From: Octopus vulgaris
Taxonomy: Eukaryota
Length of the DNA stretch: 64,000 nt
NCBI GenBank assembly: GCA_951406725.2
Contig: OX597825.1
Location: 34,906,001 to 34,970,000 of the forward strand
Direction of reading: 5' to 3'
Shown here: positions 27,521-40,951 of the stretch, one piece after another
Layout: the number at the start of each line of letters is the position of its first letter
Position numbering within the stretch: position 1 is the stretch's first letter
Notes under the pieces: generated by a model
What the model was told of the DNA's origin: nothing
The model's database searches: none
Seen by the model: only the letters and a program-made list of their open reading frames with translations
Made by a program: the position numbers and the translations under genes

Positions 27521-28537
27521 ATGCCTAACAAACGAACACCACCACAACAACCCTCTTCTTTTCAGGCGCTGAATAACATCTCTCCTCCCCAAACCTCACC
27601 CCACATTCCCATCCCAGTTTTCAGAGTTGGCACTGTCAATGTTGGCACAATGAAAGGTAGGTCTAGTGAGATTGTAGAGATGCTTGAAAGGAGACGGATT
27701 GATATATGCTGCATACAAGAGGTAAGATGGAGAGAAGCTTCAGCTAGGGTCCTCACAGGCAAGGCATATATGTACAAATTCTTCTGGCAAGGTAACATGG
27801 ATGGTATAGGGGGTGTAGGCATTCTCCTCTCAGAGAAATGGGTGGATAAGGTTATAGAGGTTGTTAGGGTATGCGATAGAGTACTTAAGCTCAGGCTAGT
27901 CCTGCAGAATAGCAAAGTTACTATCATCTCCGCCTATGCCCCACATGCGGGGTTACCAAATGATCAGAAGGACCACTTTTATGACACCCTTCTACAGGCT
28001 ACCTCAAAGACAAGTGGCAATAACCTCATCTTTGTGGCTGGAGACTTTAATGGGCATATTGGGCGGGAAGCAGGTATCTTCACTGGGGTACACGGTGGGC
28101 ATGGTAGTGGCACCTGAAACAATTAGTGAACCAGGCTACTGGAGTTCTGTGATGCATGTAACCTTTTAATCTGCAAGGCAGCCACCTTATAACCTATCAG
28201 TCAGGGGACTCCGCTAGCCAGATTGATTTCATTCTCACCAGACAGTGGGATGCAAGGTTCCTCTTAAATACAAAGACCCTCCTGGGTGAAGAATGTACTC
28301 CCTAACATAGGCTAGTCATTAGTGACTTTAGTCTTGAGGCCAGAAGGATACCAAGAAGCAAACCAATCCAAAAAAGTAGGATTTGGAGGCTAAAGAACCC
28401 TTCACATGGTCAGAGATTTAGGGACATCCTCATCAAGAAATTTGAGGAGCCTGGTGCAGCTTCCTGGCTTCCCAGACCCCGGTTGAACTGTCCAACCCAT
28501 GCTAGTATGGAAAAGGAACATTAGACGATGATGATGA
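27521..28537 (+). mobile_element. RTE-clade LINE, internally deleted: APE endonuclease joined to the 3' tail
   Basis: ORF 27521..28117 has VGTVNVGTM, CIQEVRW, SAYAP and GDFNGHIG. The decayed frame continues (QIDFIL, HRLV, IWRLK) to about 28445, then the RTE 3' end with (GAT)n follows. Confidence 0.88.
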
Positions 28538-28891
28538 CTTATTAATGAAAACAAGTAAACACTATTTTTGTTTGTTATTTCTTGATGAAAAAAACATGAC
28601 TTCCATGATGTCGACACATACACACATACAAAATACACATATATAATGAATGTCATGGATTGTCACTTAACACAAACACACGTCTGCTATCTGTGACAAA
28701 TACACACACATACTCTTCATGCTCTCAATTAAATGGTCAACTTTTTTACGTATATGATATTTTAATCATTTAGAAATATTTTTAACTGAATGTGATTTCA
28801 AAAATGTAAGTTGTTTGTACAGTAAGTATTTATATTTTAGCTTTCTTTAAACAGACAGTATTTTAATGTTTTTTAAAATTATTTTTAAGTC

Positions 28892-29293
28892 GTTAATTTC
28901 CGTAAAAAAAGTTTATTTATTTACTTTTGTTTTAAAGTGAAAGAGAGGAGAAAGTGAAACGTGTATGTATGTGTATATGAAATCGACGAGTGTATGTGAA
29001 AGAGAGAGAGAGAGAGAAAAAGAGAGAGAAAGAGTGAGTGAAGGGGTGTGTTGTCATGTATACATACAATCATCAATGCATATGCATACATCTTTTTTGT
29101 ATGTATGTGTGCATGTGTGTGTGAGAGAGAAAGTGAGTGAATGAATGTGTGTGTTCACATGTATGTGTAAGTGATACTCTCTCTCTTTCTCACACACATA
29201 CACGTCCATTTCATATATACATTCAGATATCTTTCTTTCTCCTCTCTTTCACTTTAAAACATAAATCAATAAATTTTTTTTATGGAAATTAAC
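28892..29293. repeat. Inverted repeat (arms about 130 bp) around a GA/GT microsatellite core
   Basis: gttaatttccg...gttttaaagtgaaagagaggagaaag versus ctttctcctctctttcactttaaaac...tggaaattaac. Confidence 0.8.
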
Positions 29294-30419
29294 AAACAAA
29301 ACCAGCTGATCCAGATGACAGTTCTGAGAGTCAAAGTGAAAGATCACCCCAAAGGAATACCATTACAAAAGTTTTTTCGAGTGTATTCAATATATCTCAG
29401 CTCCAAAGATTTGGTTGCTATTTCTAGCACGCCCTGCTACCACATAACAACTATTTGTGATAAAGGACTCGAAATACCTGTTATGTGGTAGCAGGGCATG
29501 CAAGAAATAGCAGCCAAATCTTTCCTTTTCCAGGGAAAGGAGCCATTTACACGTGATTTCAATGTCACATTTGTTGAAAGCATGTGAAATAACCTGGAAA
29601 AGAAAAAGAAAACTCATGAAAAAAAACTCTGTTGTAGGGAAACTCAGACTTTCCAGGTAACCCAATGGGTCACAGGTAGTCTAGTTTATATATAAATATA
29701 GGATTTAAAAATTCCTGACATGATTTTGTAATCCTATGATATATATATGAAAATGTCAGGATTTTAAAAATCCTATGACAGATATTTTTTTAATCCTATG
29801 ATATATTTATAAAAATGTTATAGGGTTTTTTAAAACATTGAATGGTTATGGGGTCCAGTAGAGTAGAATAAAAATCAAAGAGGTCCATGAACAAAAAAGG
29901 GTTGAGAAACCACTGATAATCTTAAAAGGACAGTATTGGTTACAGATGAAATGTTTTAGAGCTTTGATCTGATCAGGGTTGATCTGGGGCTAAACAACAA
30001 CAGCAACAGCAGCAACAACAACTAGAGGCACACATAAATAAAGTTTCTCTTTACATTTTAAAAACATTTTGCCTGATGTAGGCTACCTACAGGTGATTTT
30101 CAAAGCAAAAACTATACTGTTTCATCCCTTGAACTATAATGTTATATTGGTTTCAAATTCTGGCACAAGATCAGTTAGTTCAGTGGAAATGGGTAAGTCA
30201 GTTACTACGACCCCAATGCTCAAATGGTACTTATTTCATCATCCCTAAAAGAATGAAATGCAAAGTCGACCTTGGCATAATTTGAACTTAGAACATAGAG
30301 ACAGATGAATTGCCACTAAGCATTTTGCCTGGTATGCTAACATTTCTGTCAGCTCACCACCTTGATGATGATGGCGGCAGCGGTGGCGATCCTCCTCCTC
30401 CTCCTCCTCCTCCTCCTCC

Positions 30420-30456
<37 letters not shown>

Positions 30457-30853
30457 CATCCTCCTCCTCCTCCAAACACCAGGACTTACGAATGTATATA
30501 ACATACAGAAAATAGCACTACTAGGCTCCACGCACATCTTATGTAAAGCACTTGTTCACCTGTGCTTAAATAATTATTTCCAATTCAGGCACAAAGCCAT
30601 CAATGTCAATCAATTACATTAACCCCATTATTCGTCTGTTACTTTATTTTATTGATTCTGACCAGCTGAAAGCAAAGCTATCTTTGGCAGGATTTGAAAT
30701 CAGAATGTAAAGAATTAGAACAAATACTACTAAGCATTTTTCTGATGCTCTGACAATTCTGCCAGTTTACCATCTTCTTTTATGCTGAAATTATGATAGC
30801 TATAACAATGCATTTAACTCTTTACTTTTTCTATATTTCTATCTCTCTTTCAG

Positions 30854-31042
30854 ACTGAAGGAAGCTGTTATCTGCTGATTTCATATGGAAACACTTCTCT
30901 GTCCACACCATCTACAGTGTTCCAATCTGTCTATCCACTGGTTCTAAATAAAAATGTACACAAATGCTATGTCTGCTTGTCAAAGAACATATTGGTGCAG
31001 GAAATTCCTCTTGCACACTTGAACTCTTATTATGAAGCCAAG
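30854..31042 (+). CDS. CTC1: CTC1 exon, TEGSCYLLISYGNTSLSTPSTVFQSVYPLVLNKNVHKCYVCLSKNILVQEIPLAHLNSYYEAK
   Basis: Long pyrimidine tract plus cag, gttggt donor, 63 open codons, phase 0 to 0. Confidence 0.82.
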
Positions 31043-31299
31043 GTTGGTTGTAGTCTTGATTTTGTTCTGTTTTTATCTTCTTTTTAGATAGAATTGGTTC
31101 CTTTAATACATTCTGCCAATTTTTTTTTTTTGTTGGTCAGAGGAAGAAGGACATTTTTTGCATTTGCGGGGCAGCGGGTGGGTGGAGAAGAACCACAACT
31201 TCTATGTTACAACAGCAAGAAGACAGAACATCCAATAAAAAAAAATTAGGCATGGCTATGGACATGGGCATGGCTATGGACACAGGTATGGACATGGGC

Positions 31300-32155
31300 A
31301 TGGCTATGGACACAAGCATAGGCTTGAAAGAAATGAAGTTAGTATGCTTTGCTAGATGTGCAATGTCAGCGTGCATGTACGACAGAGCGTAAGCATCTTG
31401 AGAGAAAAGTTGGGCATAAAAGGCATCAGATGTGATGTGCAAGAGAGATGACTGCACTGGTATAGTCATATGATGCCTATGGATGAGGACAGCGTATGGA
31501 TGAGGACATGTGTATAGACAAGAACGAGGATTACCTCTAACTGTCCACAGGAAGACATGGGATGAGGTAATGAAGCATGTTCTTTGAATGTTTGGCCTCA
31601 CAGAGGCAATGACTTGTGACTGAGACCTTTGATGATATGCCGTGCTTGAGAAGACTCATCAAACCAAGTGAAATCATAGTTATGGCTGATGCTGATGACA
31701 TATAACTGGCACCCATGCTGGTGGTATGTAAAAAAAGTACTTTTCAAGCATTGAGCCTCACGGAGGCAATATGGCTGATGCTAGTGTTGTGTAACTGGCT
31801 CCTGTACTGGTGGCACTTAAAAAGCACCTCTCAAGCATTAGGCCTCATGGAGGCGATGACATGTGACCAAGACCTTTGCAATATGCCATACTTGAGAAGA
31901 AGACTCATCAAGCCAAGTAAAATCAGTCATGGCAGATACTGGTGTCACACAACTGGCACCTGTGCCAGTGACACGTAAAAACTCTTGGAGTGGTTGGCAT
32001 TAGGAAGTGCATCCTGCTGTAGAAACTTTGTCAAATCAGACTGGAGTTTGGTGCAGCCCCTCAGCTTACCAGCCTTGTTCAAACCGTCCAACCCATGCCA
32101 GCATGGACAACGGACATTGTTGTTGTTGTTGACGATGACGACGACGACGACGACA
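31300..32155 (+). mobile_element. Decayed RTE LINE 3' end with repeated 3' UTR units
   Basis: Similar to 47350-47720, followed by the shared tail ...gtccaacccatgccagcatgga. Confidence 0.75.
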
Positions 32156-32866
32156 AATGTAGCCTTTGGTTCAGCCCCACAGTGTGGAAGTAAAGGCGCA
32201 CCTCTTAGTGGTTAGGGTATTTGGTTCATGTTCATGAGATCGGTTGCTGTTAGTGCATTGTTTTCTTGAGCAAGAGACTTTATTTTATGTTGATAAGTCC
32301 ACTCAGCTGGCAAAAGTGAGTTGTACCTGTATTTCAAAGGGCCAGCCTTTTCACTTTCTGTGTCATGCTGAATCTCCCTGAGAACTACATTAAGGGTATG
32401 TGTGTCTGTGAAGTGTTCAGCCACTTGCTTGTTAATTTCATGAGAAGGCTGTTCCATTGATTGATTCAACTGAAACACTTCTGATTGTAACCAACACAAA
32501 GCCAGGCCACAGCATGGTATCACAGCATGTGTAGTCAACAACAGCTTTGAGTCAACCAAAGCTTTGTGAGTGCATTTGGGAAATGGAAGCTGAAAGAAGC
32601 TCATCATGTATGTATATGTTTGTGTTTGTGTGCATGTGGGTGTCTATGTGTTTATCTCTTGTCATTTTAACATCACACAATGATTGTAAATAAGTGTCAC
32701 TGTCATATAGTGCCATTTGCTTCCAATCTTGTATGGAAACATATCTACTCAAGATGCCATGCAGTGAAATTGAACCTGAAACTACATGGTGGTGGTACAA
32801 ATTTCTTAGCCACACAACTGTGCTTGCACCTTATTGTATTGTATTTTTTTATTTTTGATATTTCAG

Positions 32867-32967
32867 CTTAACTGGTTACCAGAGCTATTAAAGAAACCAT
32901 CCCTTAAGTATGACACTATTGTGAAACCACCTTGTCTCTATACTGTGTCAGATCTCCTTTGCTGTAG
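32867..32967 (+). CDS. CTC1: CTC1 exon, LNWLPELLKKPSLKYDTIVKPPCLYTVSDLLCC(S)
   Basis: tttcag acceptor, gtgagt donor, phase 0 to 2. TVSDLL resembles CTC1 SLTDLL. Confidence 0.82.
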
Positions 32968-34420
32968 GTGAGTCGGCAGTTTATTGCTCTTATTAAAGCC
33001 ACAGGTCAGACTGGATCCAGTAAACTTGTTGCCAAATCAAAAGCGTTCCATCTAATACCATTCCATCTTCTATTCCATTATAGTATATTAACCCTTTCGT
33101 TACCAACCCGGCCAAAACTGGCTCTGGCTCTGTAGTACAAATGTTTTGTTTTCATAAATTTTGCATTAAAATATACCACCAAACCTTAGTTACAATTTGT
33201 TCCTAACTTAATGATAACTAAGTTATTTTACTAAATTCTTTGCTATATCTAAAATAATTGAAAGAAACACAAAGCATCTCAAAATAAATACAGTTATGAA
33301 AAGGTTAAGGCTACGTTATCTGATGTATTAGGGAAGCACAACCATGCCTGCACCTGTTCCATCTGTGTTAATTAAAATGTTAATATATTGCTGATAACTG
33401 CTAAAACAGTCAAGCTAGCACAAATTAAAATATCATGAAACTAAGTAAAAGAAGGCAACATATGCAATCAGAGAGAAGTGGTGGGGTTATCTTGATACTA
33501 GAGGTTACAAATTGATGAAGACCAGGTGTGATTAGTTTTGAATAACTAATACTGACCTAAGGGTGACTGGATGTTTTAGAGCATGGTTAATTATTTACAC
33601 TTTTTTTTTATACCAACCACCAGAGAAATCCATTTGCTTTGTAATACAAAACTTCATATTTTAAAGTATTCATAATTAAATTAAAATATTCCATCAGAAT
33701 TTTACCATATTTTCTAGGATACAGGTCTGAGTTTCATGCATTGGCACTTATCAAATCAACCAGTTTGACAAGGCCCAACTCACTTCTGTTTATTATTAAG
33801 AAACTTATATGTTTTGTGTACTATTTTTCTGTTTGTATCACCAGACTTGTGTGTGTGTGTTTGTGTGTATGGGTATGAGCTTATGTTTGTGTATATGTAT
33901 AGGTATAGATATATTTATAGGTGTTATGGAGATGTACTTGCGTAGCAAGTGACCTGATCTGAGATCATGTGCTGGAACGAAAACAATTGCAGCGTGGAAG
34001 GTGTTTATAAGCCATTTAAGAAACACACAAAAACCGTTAGATTCACTTCAACATTTAAATTTAATTTGTCAAAATATTTTCGTCACTTTGTGACCGCAAC
34101 CTGATCACTGACAAAATTCCGTGCTGCATCTATTTATAGTTGTATGTATAGATATAGGTATACAAACATATATAACAGTATACTTATATGTATAATTTGT
34201 TATAAACTTAAATATAAATTTTATTTTTAAATGAAAACCTGCTCCAAACAGTTTTTCAATTTCTTCTAATGCTTTTTATCAATTAATTAATAAAATTAAT
34301 GAAAAACAAATCTTAATTAAAGAAAATGTTAATTAATTAAATTGGCAAATATGTCAAGAGAAAATTCTAATGAGTTAATAATAAATGCATGTTACTATTT
34401 ATTTGTCCTTCATTTTTAAG

Positions 34421-34566
34421 TGTCACTGATACCATAGTGAATTTGTTGCCTGTTATTATTCTGACATACGTTGAGTTGAATGCTGATGACAAACTCTCAA
34501 TGAACTCTTCAGAGGATGCTACAGAAAATAGTGAATGCGATCAGAAGGAATTTAATGCAAAGCTTG
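34421..34566 (+). CDS. CTC1: CTC1 exon, VTDTIVNLLPVIILTYVELNADDKLSMNSSEDATENSECDQKEFNAKL
   Basis: tttttaag acceptor, gtaatt donor, phase 2 to 1. SVTDTIVNL resembles CTC1 FTDSLVSF. Confidence 0.8.
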
Positions 34567-34821
34567 GTAATTCTTTTAACTTTTACTAACCTTTTACTTG
34601 TTTCAGTCATTGGACTACTGCCATGTTGGGGCACCAGCTTCAAAGGTATAGTTGAATAAATAGAATACAGTACTTATTTTTCTTTAAACCTGGTACTTAC
34701 TCTATTGGTCTCTTTTGCTGAACTGCTAAGTTATGTGGACATTAATAAACAAAGACTGGTCAAACAGTAGTGGAGACAAACACAAACATTAAGACACATG
34801 CACATTTGATATATTCATATA

Positions 34822-34876
<55 letters not shown>

Positions 34877-36011
34877 ATCTATCCATCCATCCATCCATCC
34901 ATCCATCCATCCATCCATCCATCCTTCCTTCCTTCCTTCCTTTCCTTCCTTCCTTCCTTCCTTCCTTCCTCCCTCCTACCCTCCCGCCCTCCCTCCTGTC
35001 CTTCCTCAATAGTAAATGTCAAGCAACTAACAAGCAAATCTGAGCTTTTATGCAGAATATTTGCTATAATGATAGTTCTGTTTAAGCAACTCAGCACTGA
35101 AATTGTCTGAAATGTAATGGAAAATAGGTCAGTTTCAAAACATGTCCAGGTGACAAAAGCAAAGTTTGAAGTTTCCTTTGATTTCTAGCAAAGAGGAAAT
35201 AACACTTACTGACCAATGATAAAAAAAAAAAGAAAAAAGTAATTGTTACACTGTGTAATAAAAGAAGTGAAATAGCACCTGTGTTTGTTTGTTATTGGCA
35301 TAATGACCCTCCCTTGTAAATCTTTATTGCTAAATTTTGTCACATGTAGTGGAAGCCACTACACTGATTACATTGGGACAGTCCCTTTGAATAACAATGA
35401 ACAGCTGATAACATTAAGTGGTGGACATAATATCTTGGACATATTTGAGACCTGATAATAGCTATTTTATATTTTACTTGTATTAGTCATTAGACTGTAG
35501 CTATGCTGCCTTGAAGAGTTTAGCTGAACTCCAGTTCTTATTTCACTTTTAGGTTTGGTATCTATTTTGTTGGTATCTTTTGCCAAACTGGTTGTCAAGC
35601 AGTAAGTGGGACAAACACAAACACACATGCACATGCACTCACACACATGCACTCACATACACAAACACACACACAAACACACATACACACACACACACAC
35701 TCGATGAGCTTCTTTCAGTTTCTGTCTACCGAATCCATTTGCAAGGCTTTTGTTGGCCCAGGGCTATAGTAGATGACACTTCCCTAAGGCCTTATGCGGT
35801 GGAACTGAACTCAAGACACATGATTAGAAATCAAGCTTCTTACCACAGAGCCACACCTGTCACCTATGTTTGATAACCAGCTATTGTTTCTTCCATATAA
35901 GAAAATTTATATAAAGACTTAATATTTAAAATTTCGCAGGGGACTTTATAATGAACCTGTATAACTACATGTAATTCCTAAATCTTTCTCAATTTTTCCA
36001 AATTTTTTTAG

Positions 36012-36267
36012 ATTTCTCCAGTTTTGTAAATAAGAAATTCAGGATGACTGTGAAAGACACGGAGACAAATTCTGATGTTAATATTTATTTGAATTTTAAG
36101 AATGTCCCATACTGTGTTGGTCTTCTGCCTGGTACTGTGGTTGAATTCCGTCATCTCCAAAGAAAAGTTTCTAAGAAAGGCAATGTCTATTGTCAGTTTG
36201 TTGCCGTATCAACAGTCCGGGTGTTAGCTGGTGGAATTTCTGGTGGTCCAGAGCCTACATCAGGATG
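36012..36267 (+). CDS. CTC1: CTC1 exon with the conserved C-terminal OB-fold segment
   Basis: NIYLNFKNVPYCVGLLPGTVVEFRHLQRKVSKKGNVYCQF closely matches CTC1 [40 protein letters not shown]. tttttag acceptor, gtaagt donor, phase 1 to 2. Confidence 0.93.
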
Positions 36268-36413
36268 GTAAGTTTGGTGTTTAGCTCATCTTATGTTTAC
36301 GATGCTGTTGATGATAGTGTTGTAATGGTTGGTGGTAGTGATAGTGATGATGATGATGGGGGTATTACTGATGATGATGAAGTGTTATGCTGAGGTGGTA
36401 AAATGAGTAAAGA

Positions 36414-36745
36414 CCCCTTTCAGTCATGAATGACCATGGGATTGCACCTAGAAAGTTCCCCTCCAAGGTACAAGTCTAGGCAAGGTTCTTTATGGAAGAC
36501 CAGCAGTTGCCCATGCATACCAACCTCCTCTCTCCATGTCACTGATGTTATCCAAGGGAAAGGCAAAGGCCGATACAGCTTGGTACCTGTGACGTCGCAA
36601 CTCATTTCTGCTGCTGAGTGAACTGGAGCAACGTGAAATAAAGCACCTTGCTCAAGAACTCATCACACAGCCTGAACTAGGAATCAATCTCACTACCTCA
36701 TGATTGTGAACCCAATGCTCTAACCACTGAGCCATGTGCCTTCAT
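36414..36745 (-). mobile_element. tRNA-derived SINE, family 3; related copies at 40340-40640 (-), 32205-32500 and 60835-60970 (+)
   Basis: Minus strand tggctcagtggttagagc A box, then ttcttgagcaag...ttgctccagttcactcagc. Confidence 0.75.
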
Positions 36746-38098
36746 GCTGAGGTGGTTGTGATAGCATTACTAGTGGTGGGCATTGCAGAGGTGAAGGTGG
36801 TGGTGGTGGTGGCTGTAGTGCTGATGGAGGTAGTAAGGATGGTGGTGGTGAAGGTGATAGTTACAATGGTGAGAGTGCTGCTGCTGATGATGAAGGTGCT
36901 TCTGGTGATGGTAGTGATAATGGCAGGGGGTTGGGCATAGTGGAGGTGTTGGTGGTGTTGATGGTTATGTAAATTGGTGACATTGATAATTGCAGCATAT
37001 CCAGTAGTGGTGGTGGTGTTCATTGTTGTGCTAATGGTAAGGTTCGTAACTATGGTGTTTTTGGTAGTGTTGATGGTGGAGGTAGCGTTGGTGATGTTAG
37101 TGGTCAGATGTTGAGTGATGATGGTTGTAGTAATACTGATTTCAAATTTTGGCACCAGGACAGCAATTTTAGGCAAGGGGATAAGTCAATTACACCAACA
37201 CCCCAGTGCTCAGCTGGTACTTATTTTATCAACCCCACCAAAAGGATGAAAGGCAAAATTGACCTTCATGGAATTTCAACTCAGAATATAAAAACATGAA
37301 ATGCTGCTGACCATTTTGCCCAGTGTGCAAATGATTCTGCCAACTTGCTACTTTGATGATTGTAGTAATATTTAGAATGGTTGTAGTATCAGAGGTGCCA
37401 GATATAATGATGGTGGTTGTGGTGGTAGTGGCTATGATGATAAAAGTGTTGGTGGAGTCAGTGGTGATGAAGATGATGGTATTTGGTGGTGTGTTCTACA
37501 ATTCATTAGTTTATTAAGACATTGCTGAAAGTCCCATCTTCATTTGTGTAAATCAGCTCAGAAGCGAGCACAATGCCTCTTCCACCAATATTCCATGTGG
37601 AATGTTATGTAATATTTGTGATTTTAAACAGAGTGGCACTTCATCTGACTTACATCAAAAGGTGCTTTCTTACATGCACACACACACGCGCACGCACACA
37701 CACCAGGCACCACACAGTTTCCATCTACCAGATCCATTCACAAAGCATTAGTTAGCCCAGGGCTATAATAGAAAACATTTGTCTTAGGTGCTGTACAATG
37801 GGACTGAACTTCAAACCATGTGGTTGCTAAGTAAGGTTCTTAAACCAAACAACCATGCCTGTGCACTGATGGATACTGTGTTGAAGCCTTTTATAGGGGC
37901 CATTTCTGTTGGTGGGTAGTAAACTTATATACGGATTCTCAGCTATAACATCACCACTTGGCCTTTGGATATCTTTTATAGAGTCCATTCTGTTGCATGA
38001 ATTTGGGTCAGGATTTGATGTAAGGTAATTTTATCCCTTCTTATCGCATGTCTTACAGACTTTGTAAAGAATTATAGGCACTGCTTTCTTCATTTGAC

Positions 38099-38612
38099 TA
38101 CCGTAATCCACATTTTTTTCCCAAAATGTAAAGGTCAAAATCCCTAGTATGTACTATATACGAGGTTAAAAATGAAAAATATTTTCTAAGCTATGTCTGA
38201 GTCTCTATTTGCTGTCTGGCAATGTTTATTCAGACGTATTTTGTGATGTTGGGTGTGAAAAATACCTTAAGCTAAGCTTGAAAGCAATGAAGTCATAAAA
38301 GAAGCATCCATAACTTGCAGTAAGCAACATTTATTAAAATAAAAGTATTCAGAACACAGAATAACATGTAATAAAAAACAATTTGCAAATATATTTACAT
38401 TTCCATATAACAGTTAAGAACATCACCATTATTGTATTACGCATACGCACAAGTGTTTGTTCGACTAGGTGCTGCTGGCTTAACTACGCATGACTCAAGT
38501 TAGAGAAGGGGTGTGTATTATACCCAAGGTTTAGGTTTTTCAGAGGTACAGCCCCCTAAAAATCCCCTGCGTATTATACTCAAGGGCGGACTATACTCGA
38601 GGATTTACGGTA
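38099..38612. mobile_element. pogo/Tc2-like MITE
   Basis: TA-CCGTAATCC...GGATTTACGG-TA, with subterminal tatactc repeats. Confidence 0.7.
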
Positions 38613-39611
38613 ATCCATTAGTGATGCTGGACTCTCCTGTCACAGTTTCTTGCTGAGCAATTTGCATAAATGTTTGTAGTGATCATATATTTTTGCTGTA
38701 CATTAGTTCACTCCCTCCATCAAATTAAGATCACCTGAATAGGTGCATAGAGTGCCACACGTGAGATGTCAAAGAGCAATGTGAAATGAAGTGTTTTGCT
38801 CAAGAACACAATGCAGCACCCGGTCGAGGAATCTTGCACCCTAACCACTAGACCATGCTCATTATCATCATCGTCAGCATCATTTAATATCCATTTTTCA
38901 ATGCTGGCATGGTTTGGACAGTTTGATAGGAACTGGTAAGGCCAGGCATCGCAATAGTTTCTATAATCTGTTTGGCTTGGTTTTTGCAGCTGAATGTCCT
39001 TCATAATGCCAACCACTCTACTCCACAGAGTGTACTGAGTGCTTTTTATGTGGCACTATCACCAGTGATTTTTATGTGGCACCAGTGCTTTTTATGTAGC
39101 AACTGTACCCATCTCAATGCTTTTCCTTGACACTACTCTTTTACTCTTTTACTTGTTTCAGTCATGTGACTGTGGCCATGCTGGAGCACCGCCTTCAGTC
39201 GAGCAAATCGACCCCAGGACTTATTCTTTGTAAGCCTAATACTTATTCTATCGGTCTCTTTTGCCGAACTGCTAAGTTACGAGGATGTAAACACACCAGC
39301 ATCGGTTGTCAAGCGATGTTGGGGGGACAAACACAGACACACAAACATATACACACACATACATATATATATATACATATATATGACAGGCTTCTTTCAG
39401 TTTCCATCTACCAAATCCACTCACAAGGCTTTGGATAGCCCGAGGCTATAGTAGAAGACACTTGCCCAAGGTGCCATGCAGTGGGACTGAACCCAGAACC
39501 ATGTGGTTCGTAAGCAAGCTACTTACCACACAGCCACTCCTACGCCTAGTCCATTAAATCAAAGTTATTAACCAATACTGTATTTTTGTACATTTTCTTC
39601 CTAAACTCTAG

Positions 39612-39857
39612 CTCATTCAATGAAATGGCTTTGATGAAAGGCAACCAAACAACTCCGACACAAGACTACTGTACATTTTTTGCCTTACTGAAAAACCACA
39701 AACGTTCACTTCCATTTTGGAATTTGGTCTTTGTGGCACAAGTTTTGAATTTGTCTATCAAGACTACATGCACAGAATGTGGCAGTATTAGTTGCAAAAA
39801 CCTCTGCACCAATATGAGCTGTAAAAATATTGCATATCAGTTGACTGTTAGATCAAA
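39612..39857 (+). CDS. CTC1: CTC1 exon with zinc ribbon (CTECGSISCKNLCTNMSC)
   Basis: ctctag acceptor, gtaagt donor, phase 2 to 2. The Cys pattern matches CTC1 [20 protein letters not shown]. Confidence 0.9.
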
Positions 39858-40247
39858 GTAAGTATATTTTGCATTCTTTCTTGAACTCATAATTAAAACT
39901 GTTGGTGTTGTTGCTTAGCTCAGATTAGGCAGGTTCAAGAAAGCATTTGATCAAAGGCATCACAGCCAAAAACGTTAATTCTATTCCTTTCAGACATAAT
40001 GTATCTGACATCAAGGAGTATCTTTTTCTTTTACTTGTTTCAGTCATTGGACTGTGGCCATGCTGGGGCACTGCCTTGAAAGATTCAGTTGAACAAATTG
40101 ACTTCAGGACTTATTTTTAAAATCTGGTACTTATTCTGTCAATCTCTTTTGCTGAACTGCCAGGTTACTGGGACATAAACCAACACTGGTTGTCAAGTGG
40201 TGGTGATGGACAAACACAGGCACAAAGACGTGTACATGTACTCCATT

Positions 40248-40278
<31 letters not shown>

Positions 40279-40881
40279 GTACTCCAATACACACATTTGT
40301 GTATGTGTATATATATATATATAAGTATATATACAAAAGAGGTAAAATCTCCTTTGGTCATGAATGACCATGGGATTGAATCTAGAAAGTTACCCTCTGA
40401 GGCACAAGTCCAGGCAAGGCTGTTTATGGAAGACCAGCAGTCAGTCATGCATAGAACCAACAATGTTACCCAGTACAGTTTGGCATCAGTGATATCGCAA
40501 CTCATTTCTACAGCTGAGTGAACTGGAGCAACATGAAATAAAGTGTCTTGCTCAAGAACACAACATACAGCCTGGTCCAAGAATCAGGCTCACTACTTCA
40601 TGATTTTGATCCTGATGCTCTAACCACTGAGTGATGTGCAAATAAATATATGCTCTAAGGATCAAGGTATGGGAAGAAATTTAGCTTCAAACAAACTATA
40701 GTAAATATAAAAAAACAACTTTCAGGGACAATAGCGGTTTATTGAGACGGAACGTTGTGGATTTTTTTCATATCAAAGTATGATCAGTTGAAAAAGTTAT
40801 TATATATCCTTGTAGGCAACTAAGGTTGCCAGGTATGTGGATAAAAATACAAGAATTTAGGAATGGAATAGATAAAGTCCG

Positions 40882-40951
40882 GGCTACATATGTTTCATAG
40901 TAAGCAGAACCTTGGAAGTGGTAAATATCCAAGTGGGCTACTCTTTAGGCC
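40882..40951 (-). ncRNA. Hammerhead ribozyme remnant (family B, solo copy)
   Basis: ggc CUAAAGA guag...cuau GAAAC AUAU GUA gcc. Stem I ggc/gcc is perfect; the core carries a G-to-A change. Confidence 0.55.

Larger units (their letters stand above)
25635..29915. mobile_element. hAT (Charlie-like) MITE expanded by nested insertions
   Basis: TIRs CAGTGCTTCTCAAC and GTTGAGAAACCACTG; tcatagga...tcctatga hairpin units on both sides of the insert. A short relative is at 56428-56663. Confidence 0.6.
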
